Below the pieces are notes generated by a model, which worked only from the letters and a program-made list of their open reading frames with translations, was not told where the DNA came from and did not search any database. From NCBI GenBank assembly GCA_036396095.1, contig DASWLM010000013.1, positions 6,817-70,816 on the forward strand: DNA of 64,000 bases, read 5' to 3'. The stretch is from Dehalococcoidales bacterium (GTDB taxonomy: Bacteria; Chloroflexota; Dehalococcoidia; Dehalococcoidales; Fen-1064). Shown here one piece after another: positions 55,572 through 63,735 of this stretch. How positions within the stretch are numbered: position 1 is the first letter of the stretch; each line of letters opens with the position of its first letter. The translations under genes were made by a program, and so were the position numbers.

Positions 55572-55904
55572 ATGACAGAAAATTTTAAAAAACTATATAA
55601 AAAGGAAGAAGAGTTCCTTGACGAATTCAGAAATATAGCAAGTGTTGCAGTGAAATTACTTAAAGGTGAATGGCAACCCAATTATTCTGCCAGTGACGCT
55701 ACAAGGAAAAACCAAGAGTATTTCTTTTCGAAAAGCCAAATTAAAGACCTCGTTTTCGATTCGGCGGCAGTGTATAACGATGACAATGGGTTTTCGTCCG
55801 TGCAAATTATCCTGAAATCATCCCACCGTATTGTTAATGTTCGGGTTAGGACAGTAAATGGAGAATTAGTCGGGGAAAAGATTATTGACAGACCTATAAA
55901 CTAA
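55572..55904 (+). CDS. hypothetical protein (110 aa), AT-rich islet
   Basis: An ORF with no recognisable motif, immediately upstream of the HIRAN-domain gene. Strongly AT-rich by eye. Confidence 0.45.
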   Translation: MTENFKKLYKKEEEFLDEFRNIASVAVKLLKGEWQPNYSASDATRKNQEYFFSKSQIKDLVFDSAAVYNDDNGFSSVQIILKSSHRIVNVRVRTVNGELVGEKIIDRPIN

Positions 55905-55958
55905 CTTATGAACAAGCCGTGAAAGTAGTGGCTCTACGACGTCCTTAAGAGGTGAGTA

Positions 55959-57122
55959 ATGCGATTTCTATCTCGTTTATTTGGGCAGCCGCCCAAAAAG
56001 ACTGAAATTAATATTCATCTTACTGGACCAAGCACATTCTCAACTCAAGTTGTTGGTGAATCATATTATCAGGAAAACCTGAGCAAGATATGTGGCGGTT
56101 TTACTGAAGAAGGGGTAGACCGGATTACAACCGCTAAGTTGGTCCACACCGATGATAATCCACATGACACTAACGCTATAAGAGTTGAAATATCTGGTAT
56201 GCCAGTAGGTCATCTGAACAGGACGGAGGCACAGAATTATAGAGAACGAATGAAAGCTAATGGACATTCGGGATTAACTGCTACTTGCAACGCCAAAATA
56301 ACAGGGGGATGGGATAGAGGTAGCAACGATATCGGTTACTTTGGTATAACTTTAGATATGCCAAATGATCTCGTCGAGTCGCTAAGTAACGGTGCTCCGA
56401 TCACAAATAATTTAGAACAAACAATGGAATCTGATGCTTTCTTATTTGATGTTGAAAAAAGTCCGCCAGAAGAATTGGAGCGATGCCGTATAGGGGATTA
56501 TGTGAATTTTTGGGTTCCCAAAGATAACACGAGCAAGGTCTTCATTTTTCGTCGTAGAGCCGTTGGGGGTACCGGCAAAATAGGAATCGTGCCAAATAAG
56601 TATTCAAATGTTATTTCTGCTCATTTAAGCAAAGGGTTAGAGTGTGAAACGGAAATAGTAGAAATTGACATTGACAAATCAATCTGTAAAATAAAATGTA
56701 AATTAATAAGCAAAGAAGAAACCGCTGCTAGGCAAGCATCAGAAGTCGAAGCCGCTGCTAGTCGTTTAAAAGATGAATTACAAAAAAGATATAAACCGAA
56801 ACAATCTCTTTTAATCAGAGTACAACTACCGAAAAACCATCAATTGAAAGAAGGGCAAAAGTTATATCTTGAAAAACAAACCTTGGAATATTACATTCAG
56901 AATGCGACGAGCCTTCATATTAATCTAGTTGACAAAGATGGAATTGTTGTTGCACAAAAAAATAATGAGCCCCGATTAATTTCCTCTATTCTTAGAGCGT
57001 TTTTTAGCCAATACGCGATGACTTTCCAGATAAGTTCAATAGAAAAGCCAGATAAGTACACTCTGAAATATTTAGATCAAATAGAAGCTAAGGTAACAGT
57101 TTCTTTTGAAAAGGATGCATAA
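55959..57122 (+). CDS. HIRAN-domain protein with two further uncharacterised beta-rich modules
   Basis: The N-terminal VVGESYYQENL ... AKLVHTDDNPHDTNAIRVEISGMPVGHLNRTEA matches the HIRAN pattern (GxxYY ... EPxNPxDxNAI.V ... vGyl.r..A). The remainder is unknown. Confidence 0.65.
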   Translation: MRFLSRLFGQPPKKTEINIHLTGPSTFSTQVVGESYYQENLSKICGGFTEEGVDRITTAKLVHTDDNPHDTNAIRVEISGMPVGHLNRTEAQNYRERMKANGHSGLTATCNAKITGGWDRGSNDIGYFGITLDMPNDLVESLSNGAPITNNLEQTMESDAFLFDVEKSPPEELERCRIGDYVNFWVPKDNTSKVFIFRRRAVGGTGKIGIVPNKYSNVISAHLSKGLECETEIVEIDIDKSICKIKCKLISKEETAARQASEVEAAASRLKDELQKRYKPKQSLLIRVQLPKNHQLKEGQKLYLEKQTLEYYIQNATSLHINLVDKDGIVVAQKNNEPRLISSILRAFFSQYAMTFQISSIEKPDKYTLKYLDQIEAKVTVSFEKDA

Positions 57123-57231
57123 TATAATCCTCATCTCTTCGAAATTTTGTAAACTGTTTCAGGCCTTTTGTGGGAATCTTGTTGTATCTGTTATATTGAT
57201 TGGTGGCAAAATTCACGCATATTTTCTAAGA

Positions 57232-58167
57232 CTAAATGATAATCCCTCTCACTTCATTTATTATCCGCATCTGTTCCTTTGAAAAACGCAAGTATTTGGT
57301 AATTTGCGTAATCCCATCTTCATTGAGACGACAGGTTAACAATCCCAAATAGGTATCAGGAGTTATTTTACCAGACTCTCTTGCTTCCTGAAATTTCCTC
57401 ACCAGCCATTTATCGGCTTTCAGCGCCGGGTGTAATTCCTTCAGCACCCCCAGTCTGTCAGCTCTCACCAGAATTTTCTCAGGCTCTTTCTCTTTCAGGA
57501 CCAGTTCCAGTTCACGCCTGAGTCGGTACCCCCCCACCGTTTTCAACATTGTCACATCGTGTTTCAGGAGTTTGAGGGTCTTAGGCTCTATCTTAAAACC
57601 AAGTCGTTGTTCGTAGCGGATAGCTCGCCAGATACGGGTGGCATCGTCAACAAAGCTCTTTTCATGCAGAATGCGGATTAATTTGCTTCTCAGGTCATCC
57701 CGACCACCGTATAGGTCAATCAATTCGCCATAGTGTTCGGGATTCAGACAGATTGCCATAGCGTTAATAGTGAAGTCACGACGGAACAGGTCGGTTTTAA
57801 GTGTGCCGGGCTTGACGGTGGGTAACGCACCAGGTTTGGCATAGGTTTCGGTGCGCGCCATCGCGAGATCTACCTTCCATTTATCCAGCTTAACCGTGGC
57901 AGTGTTGAACATCGGATGAATGGTTAGTTTCCCGTCAACAGCCTCAGCAAATTCTTTCACCAGACCGATGGCATCGCCTTCTACCACGAAATCGAGGTCG
58001 AGATTCGGCAGTCCGAGTAACAGGTCTCGCACCACACCCCCGACAAGATAGAGTTGCTGATTTCTGCGGGCGGCAAGAGTTGCCACTCTCTGCATCAAGG
58101 CTACCAGTTCTTTCGGCAGGTTCCTCTCAATTAATCCGGATAGGTTTGTATGCTCATTCATAGTCAA
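57232..58167 (-). CDS. second poly(A) polymerase/CCA-family nucleotidyltransferase, short form without HD domain
   Basis: LYLVGGVVRDLLLGLPNLDLDFVV, RRDFTINAMA, and the ATRIWRAIRYEQRLGF motif. 311 aa. Confidence 0.8.
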   Translation of the reverse strand: MTMNEHTNLSGLIERNLPKELVALMQRVATLAARRNQQLYLVGGVVRDLLLGLPNLDLDFVVEGDAIGLVKEFAEAVDGKLTIHPMFNTATVKLDKWKVDLAMARTETYAKPGALPTVKPGTLKTDLFRRDFTINAMAICLNPEHYGELIDLYGGRDDLRSKLIRILHEKSFVDDATRIWRAIRYEQRLGFKIEPKTLKLLKHDVTMLKTVGGYRLRRELELVLKEKEPEKILVRADRLGVLKELHPALKADKWLVRKFQEARESGKITPDTYLGLLTCRLNEDGITQITKYLRFSKEQMRIINEVRGIII

Positions 58168-58326
58168 TCGTTCATTATCTTACCATAATAAACATTCCAC
58201 ATGTCACATCTCATGCTGTAGAAACGGTGATATAATAAAGTCACTCGTAACACTCTTTCCTGTGTGCCCTCGTGGGGGTTCCGGTAGGTTGGAAAGACAA
58301 CGAAATCTTAAAAGTTAAACCCATAA

Positions 58327-58373
58327 TGTCATTCTGAGGAGTCCCGATGGAGTCGGGATGAACGAAGAATCTC
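58327..58373 (+). repeat. dispersed palindromic repeat, GTCATTCTGAG...CGAAGAATCTCT family
   Basis: GTCATTCTGAGGAG-TCCCGA-TGGAG-TCGGGA-TGAACGAAGAATCTCT, upstream of the GIY-YIG gene. Confidence 0.6.
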
Positions 58374-58439
58374 TGACAAATAAGCAGAAATTCCCTTCGT
58401 TTGTTTCAGGGTAGAAATGATTGGTGGGCGGAGAACGTT

Positions 58440-58793
58440 ATGTTTGAATACTATGTGTACATCATGACCAGCCGCTCAGGGACACTATATACAGGCGTTA
58501 CTAATAATCTTTTCAGACGTGTAGAGGAGCATAAACGCCACACTGTACGAGGATTCACAGCGAAATATAACATAGAGCGATTAGTCTATTGCGAATCTAC
58601 CGATAGTATTGATTCGGCGATAGTACGGGAGAAACAGATAAAAGGTTGGCGTAGAGAGAGAAAGGTAGCGCTTATTGAGTCGATGAATCCAGAATGGTAT
58701 GACCTGAGCCTCGAATGGGCAGACAATGATATAGACAAAAGGGCTCTCAAGCCAGTTTTCAGGCAAAGAGATTCTTCGCGTAGCTCAGAATGA
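58440..58793 (+). CDS. GIY-YIG domain nuclease (small stand-alone type)
   Basis: YYVYIMTSRSGTLYTGVTNNLFRRVEEH...KQIKGWRRERK. ATG 58440 lies 6 nt after GGAG. The C-terminal tail and stop are encoded by the downstream repeat copy. Confidence 0.85.
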   Translation: MFEYYVYIMTSRSGTLYTGVTNNLFRRVEEHKRHTVRGFTAKYNIERLVYCESTDSIDSAIVREKQIKGWRRERKVALIESMNPEWYDLSLEWADNDIDKRALKPVFRQRDSSRSSE

Positions 58794-58794
58794 C
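58767..58794 (-). repeat. dispersed palindromic repeat, same family, inverted orientation
   Basis: AGAGATTCTTCGCGTAGCTCAGAATGAC, the reverse complement of GTCATTCTGAGCTACGCGAAGAATCTCT. Confidence 0.6.
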
Positions 58795-58893
58795 ATCTTG
58801 ATAGTAGTGGGAGTGCTTTATACATGTTTGCGTTGATTGCGATTCTTGTGTCGGAATGGTGATTGGAAAGGACCAGAGTGAGTGAGGAAAGAA

Positions 58894-60054
58894 ATGGATA
58901 ACCAGAGATTGAAACGGCATGTAAAAATCGTTTGCACACTCGGTCCGGCGAGCCAGTCAGCGGAAGTGATTGGAAACATGCTCAAAGCAGGTATGGACAT
59001 TGCCCGTCTCAATTTGAATTACGGCACGCTTGAGGAACATGCGCGGACTATCTCCCTGGTGCGCCGGTTGAGCAGTGAACTCGGATTGCAGACGGGTGTC
59101 ATGCTCGACTGTCCCGGTTTGAAGAAATACCCGTCAGCGACTGTGAATGCGGCGTTCAAAAAGCATCTTGAGTTCGCCCGGTCGCAAACTATAGACTTCG
59201 TGGCGCTATCGTTCATTTCCACTGCGGAACAGGTAGCTGAGGTGCGGCGATTGCTGACCGCTATCGATTTCTCAGTGCCACTGATTGTGAAAATCGAGCA
59301 AGCGTCAGCCTTGATGGAGAGTGACCAGATTCTGGATATTGCTGAAGGTATTATGGTGGCGCGTGGCGACCTGGCAATTCAGATTAGCATCGAAAAAGTA
59401 CCGCTTGCCCAAAAGCGGCTCATCAAGGCGGCGAACCAGCGCGGTAAACCTGTTATCACTGCCACTCAAATGCTCGAATCGATGGTAGAATCCGCTCAAC
59501 CCACTCGTGCCGAAGCTGCCGATATTGCCAACGCTGTGCTCGATGGCACGGATGCGCTCATGTTATCCGAAGAAAGTGCAGTGGGTAAGTATCCAGTTGC
59601 CACCGTCGAGACAATGGCTAGAATTGCACTGGAAGCCGAAACTGCTTATCCCCATGATGTGAGACTGCGGGATGCTTATCTGGCAAGCCTTCCGGAGGTC
59701 AATGATGCCACTGCCCGCGCCGCCTGCCAGATTGCGGACCAGGTTGGTGCGAAAGCCATTATTGCCTTTACTACCGGCGGCACCACCGCCATACGCGTTT
59801 CAAAGTATCGTCCCAGTCAACCGATTATTGCCGTAACACCTTCCGAAATGGTAATGAGACGATTGGCTATTCTGTGGGGAGTTCATGCAGTACAGAGAAC
59901 GAATCCCGTGAGCCTGGAAAAAGTATTTGACCTGGCGGTGGAAGTGGCAACAGGACTGGGTTTAGCTGTGAAGGGCGATAGACTGGTGCTTACAGCCGGT
60001 GTGCCGTTGATGGTTGCCGGGAGCACGAATCTCGTTAAGGTGCACGTGGTCTGA
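58894..60054 (+). CDS. pyruvate kinase-like protein lacking the B (lid) domain
   Basis: A-domain and C-domain motifs are present (KIVCTLGPAS, ARLNLNYG, VKIEQ, MVARGDLA, ITATQMLESM, PTRAEAADIANAVLDGTDALMLSEESAVGKYP). However, LDCPGLKKYPS runs directly into the post-B segment (IDFVALSFIS), so about 90-100 residues are missing relative to canonical PykF as I recall it. Confidence 0.75.
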   Translation: MDNQRLKRHVKIVCTLGPASQSAEVIGNMLKAGMDIARLNLNYGTLEEHARTISLVRRLSSELGLQTGVMLDCPGLKKYPSATVNAAFKKHLEFARSQTIDFVALSFISTAEQVAEVRRLLTAIDFSVPLIVKIEQASALMESDQILDIAEGIMVARGDLAIQISIEKVPLAQKRLIKAANQRGKPVITATQMLESMVESAQPTRAEAADIANAVLDGTDALMLSEESAVGKYPVATVETMARIALEAETAYPHDVRLRDAYLASLPEVNDATARAACQIADQVGAKAIIAFTTGGTTAIRVSKYRPSQPIIAVTPSEMVMRRLAILWGVHAVQRTNPVSLEKVFDLAVEVATGLGLAVKGDRLVLTAGVPLMVAGSTNLVKVHVV

Positions 60055-60057
60055 GTT

Positions 60058-60963
60058 CTAGTCCCTCAGTAGCACTCTCAAATTTCGCGCTGTACGCAGA
60101 TATAATTCCTCGTCAGCAAGCCTATCCAATTTATCTCTGGTCTCCATGTCTAAGTTGTCTATCGGGGTGCCGTTTAAAATCAATTTTGTTTCACTCTCAG
60201 AGAAATGTGGTCCAACAGTAATCTTGCGCAAATAAGGTTTATTTGCCGGGCACACTTGTTGACATCTCACACAGCCGACGAGCGTATTGTGCCAGTGAGG
60301 TTGAACCCACCATGAAGAATCCTTCTCTGCCCTGTCAAATGTCTGACAGTTTTCGGCGTGAATCAGAAAGCGATCGGCTGAAATAGATTGTGCCGGACAA
60401 TTCTCACGGCAGAGCGAACAGTTGTTGCAGGCTTTCATTGCGACGATTTCATGCCAGTTATCTTCTTCACAGGGATAATCAGTATAAAAAGCAATGAGTC
60501 TGTGAGAGCTACCCATCCCCGGCACATAGCTGATATTGTTTTTACCGTACTTTGCCAGCCCGCTTCGTACTGCGAGGGTCTTCAATGCCAGGTGAGCTTT
60601 TACTACCTTGTATCCGCCAGTTTTCAATATGTTGCTAAGAATTTCTCCAGCACGTGACTCATCCGCTCTGATAAAAATTCCGGGTGGAAAATCTGCGGAA
60701 TAAGCTTTTCCCTGCCATTCAAATTGTGCGCATGTAATAGATTGGGGCATTGCGATAATGAAAATAGTTTCTACCTTGGGCAAGTCTTTGTTACTGTCCA
60801 GGTAGAAATGCCAGTTGCTATGAAGTTTTTCGCTTATCATCCCTTGCCTGACTAATTTTGCCACCGCCTCCTGTACTTCCGGCAAATGAGAGATTGATAC
60901 AGACTTAAACTTGTAGCCATATCGCTTCATTTCTCGCGATATCTTATCTAAAATCTCGCTCAT
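60058..60963 (-). CDS. QueG/reductive-dehalogenase-superfamily Fe-S protein (epoxyqueuosine-reductase-like), paralog 1
   Basis: CNNCSLCRENCP and GCVRCQQVCPANK cluster motifs. LAVRSGLAKYGKNNISYVPGMGS core, as in QueG. Confidence 0.65.
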   Translation of the reverse strand: MSEILDKISREMKRYGYKFKSVSISHLPEVQEAVAKLVRQGMISEKLHSNWHFYLDSNKDLPKVETIFIIAMPQSITCAQFEWQGKAYSADFPPGIFIRADESRAGEILSNILKTGGYKVVKAHLALKTLAVRSGLAKYGKNNISYVPGMGSSHRLIAFYTDYPCEEDNWHEIVAMKACNNCSLCRENCPAQSISADRFLIHAENCQTFDRAEKDSSWWVQPHWHNTLVGCVRCQQVCPANKPYLRKITVGPHFSESETKLILNGTPIDNLDMETRDKLDRLADEELYLRTARNLRVLLRD

Positions 60964-60970
60964 AACTCAC

Positions 60971-61900
60971 TCACCAGCCTTCAGTACGGTAATTCTTCAT
61001 CAACAGGTTCAGGTTACGGGCAAGGACTTCATACCAGTCATCGGCAGAGATACTAACCAGTTTACCTCGCGTCTCTTCTGCAAGTTTATCGAAGGGCATC
61101 TTCTGCAATAGTAAACCTGTTTCTTTCTCAGAGAATTGTGGACCATCTGCAACCTTCTTAATTTGCGTTTTGTTTACGGGACAAACTAACTGACAGCGCA
61201 TACACCCGATTATTGCATTGTGCCAATCGGGTTTTACCCAGTCGGGGAAATCGAGCTCATTTTCGTTCAGCCAGGTCAGGCAGTTCTCGGCATGGATAAG
61301 AAAGCGGTCGGTAGAAATGCATTGTGTCGGGCAGTTCTCCATGCATTTGAAGCAGGTTTCACAGGCTCTCATTACTTTAAGTTCCTGCCAATCGTCTCGC
61401 TCTATCGGACAGTCCGAATAAAAGGCGACCAACCGCTGGAAACTCCCCATCCCGGGAATATACGTGATGTTATTTCTACCGTATTGCGTTAGTCCGCTTC
61501 GCACTGCCAGTGTTTTGACTGGCAAGTGCGCTCTCTCCAATCTGTAGCCGGTGGGTTTCAGCACTGATGTGAGTATATCTTTGACCCGCGTATCATCTGT
61601 CTTACCGATGTATGTAGGTGGGATGTCTGCTTCATAAGTTGTACCTTGCCAGGTAAACCGGGCGCGGGTGATGGGTTGGGGGACAGCGACGATAAAAATG
61701 GCGGTGGCTCCGTTTATGTCTTCAGATGGGCTATATTGGAAACGCAGGTAGCTATCGCTGAGTTGTTTATCCAGCAGACCCTGCCGGTGGAATTTATCTA
61801 TATCTTCCTGTAGTTCAGACAGGTGGGTTATGGAAACAACCTTTGACTTATATCCGGCATTTTGTAGTTCTTGAAGAGCTTTATCAGTGATTCCACCCAT
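60971..61900 (-). CDS. QueG/reductive-dehalogenase-superfamily Fe-S protein, paralog 2
   Basis: The start is set at ATG 61900 (GGAGGA 8 nt upstream), collinear with the paralog 1 N-terminus. Motifs CETCFKCMENCP, GCMRCQLVCPVNK, LAVRSGLTQYGRNNITYIPGMGS. Confidence 0.65.
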   Translation of the reverse strand: MGGITDKALQELQNAGYKSKVVSITHLSELQEDIDKFHRQGLLDKQLSDSYLRFQYSPSEDINGATAIFIVAVPQPITRARFTWQGTTYEADIPPTYIGKTDDTRVKDILTSVLKPTGYRLERAHLPVKTLAVRSGLTQYGRNNITYIPGMGSFQRLVAFYSDCPIERDDWQELKVMRACETCFKCMENCPTQCISTDRFLIHAENCLTWLNENELDFPDWVKPDWHNAIIGCMRCQLVCPVNKTQIKKVADGPQFSEKETGLLLQKMPFDKLAEETRGKLVSISADDWYEVLARNLNLLMKNYRTEGW

Positions 61901-61927
61901 TGTCGCTATCCTCCATTTGGTGAGATA

Positions 61928-61956
61928 TTCGTACCACGCTGGACGTTGGAAGTCAA
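61928..61956 (-). promoter_or_regulatory. candidate sigma70-like promoter of the QueG-like gene pair
   Basis: Minus strand: TTGACT (61956-61951), 17 nt spacer, TACGAA (61933-61928). Confidence 0.35.
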
Positions 61957-62044
61957 GAGTCCCGCAATAAAGCAACTTTCCAAAACTGTGTTTCCGTGTT
62001 ATGATTGTTGCTGATTTTGCCATTATATTCAAGTAGGAGGATGT

Positions 62045-62785
62045 ATGAAAAAAGTACTTTGGTTGTTGCTGGTCGGTCTGCTTACGGTCGGTCTGGCACT
62101 CGGCGGGTGTACCAAAGAAGCGACCAAGATAGTTGTTGTCACAGATGCTACCTGGATGCCCTTTGAATATGTAAACGAGCAGACCAAGGAAATCGTAGGT
62201 TTCGATATCGACCTGATGAAAGCTATCGCTGAGAAAGCTAACCTGGAAATCGAATTTAAAAATGTTGCCTGGGACTCTTTACTGCCGGGTATAGCACAGG
62301 GAACCTATGATGTGGCTATCTCATCCATTAGCATCCTTCCAGAGCGTCAGAAAGAAATGCTCTTCTCCGATCCATATTTTGCGGCGGGACAGCTTATCGC
62401 GGTGCGTATCGATAATACCACCATCAAAAGTAAAGCTGACCTGTCTGGGAAAACGGTTGGCGCGCAAATTAGTACTACTGGTGCGTTCGAAATTGATAAT
62501 ATTGCGGGCGCTGTTAAGAAAACCTATGATGACATCGGGCTAGCATTTCAAGACCTGATGAACGGACAAATCGATGCTATCGTCTCTGATAATCCGCTGG
62601 TATTAGGCTATGTCAATAAAAATCCTACCAAGCTCAAGACTGCAGGTGAGGTTTTCAGTGCTGAGAATTATGGTATTGCGGTAGCAAAAGGTAAAGAAGA
62701 CCTGCTGAAAAAGATTAATGATGGTTTGAAGAAGGTTTTGGCTGAGGGTATTATCGAGACTCTGTCTAAAAAGTGGTTTGAATAA
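62045..62785 (+). CDS. amino-acid ABC transporter substrate-binding lipoprotein
   Basis: Signal and lipobox (LALGGC). PBP type 2 pattern (PFEY...G..VGFDIDL, AISSISI...R, SDPY). Confidence 0.85.
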   Translation: MKKVLWLLLVGLLTVGLALGGCTKEATKIVVVTDATWMPFEYVNEQTKEIVGFDIDLMKAIAEKANLEIEFKNVAWDSLLPGIAQGTYDVAISSISILPERQKEMLFSDPYFAAGQLIAVRIDNTTIKSKADLSGKTVGAQISTTGAFEIDNIAGAVKKTYDDIGLAFQDLMNGQIDAIVSDNPLVLGYVNKNPTKLKTAGEVFSAENYGIAVAKGKEDLLKKINDGLKKVLAEGIIETLSKKWFE

Positions 62786-62854
62786 TAGACAGTGAAAGTA
62801 TAACGACCTATCTCCCGGACTTAAGTCGTTGATTAGCAAGACGAACTAATAATT

Positions 62855-62883
62855 TGGAGAGAGGGATAGATTCCCTCTCTCCA
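62855..62883 (+). repeat. intercistronic perfect stem-loop (GGGAGAGG-type)
   Basis: TGGAGAGAGGGA-TAGAT-TCCCTCTCTCCA, between the binding-protein and permease genes. No T-run follows. Confidence 0.6.
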
Positions 62884-62899
62884 GCTCTTCTGTTTAAGG

Positions 62900-63733
62900 T
62901 TGCGTATGTTCACACGGCGCGAACCTAAGATTGACGAACAGGAACTGACTCATATCCCCGGAGCCGAGCCACAAAGTCGCATGGATGTCTGGTGGTGGCT
63001 GGTAGCTCTGGTTGTCGGAGTCATCGTTATCCTGAGTGTGACCATGCCCGACCCCTACTGGAATATCATCAAATTTGTCCGGGATGGTCTGAAAATCACC
63101 GTTTTTCTTACGGTTGTGGCTTTTGGTTTTGTACTTGTGGTGGGGATGTTAGGTGGGCTGGGTCGTCTTTCTAAAAACAGAGTTATAAATCTGATTGCCA
63201 CACTTTATGTGGAGCTTGTTCGCGGTGTCCCATTGCTCGTGCAGTTAATCTGGTGGTACTTTGCCTTCCCGGTGGTCATTCAGCAGATTGGGAAGTGGAC
63301 TCACATTTCCGCGCTTGCTGAATATCAGGCGAATGCCGTTTTTGTGGCAATCGTCGGATTTGTAGTCTGTTATGGTGCTTATATGAGTGAGATTTACCGT
63401 GCTGGTATTCAGAGTGTTCCCAAAGGGCAGATGGAGGCAGCACGCAGTCTCGGGATGAGTTACTTTCAAGCCATGCGCCACGTTGTTTTACCACAGGCAA
63501 TCCGCGTTATTCTCCCACCGGTCGGTAATGAGTTTATTTCCTTGTTAAAAGACTCATCACTGGTGAGCGTGGTCGCTGTCGCTGACCTGACCCGGCGGGG
63601 TCGCGAATTTATGTCCACCCATTTCAACCCGATTGAGGTCTGGACGATGGTGGCATTATTATATTTAGTACTGACACTGTTTTCGGCACGCATCGTTACA
63701 TGGATTGAACGCCGCACCAAGTTTGAAAGATAA
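62900..63733 (+). CDS. amino-acid ABC transporter permease (HisM/GlnP type)
   Basis: EAA-loop region MEAARSLGMSYFQAMRHVVLPQA. The start is TTG 62900 or ATG 62906. Confidence 0.9.
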   Translation: MRMFTRREPKIDEQELTHIPGAEPQSRMDVWWWLVALVVGVIVILSVTMPDPYWNIIKFVRDGLKITVFLTVVAFGFVLVVGMLGGLGRLSKNRVINLIATLYVELVRGVPLLVQLIWWYFAFPVVIQQIGKWTHISALAEYQANAVFVAIVGFVVCYGAYMSEIYRAGIQSVPKGQMEAARSLGMSYFQAMRHVVLPQAIRVILPPVGNEFISLLKDSSLVSVVAVADLTRRGREFMSTHFNPIEVWTMVALLYLVLTLFSARIVTWIERRTKFER

Positions 63734-63735
63734 CC

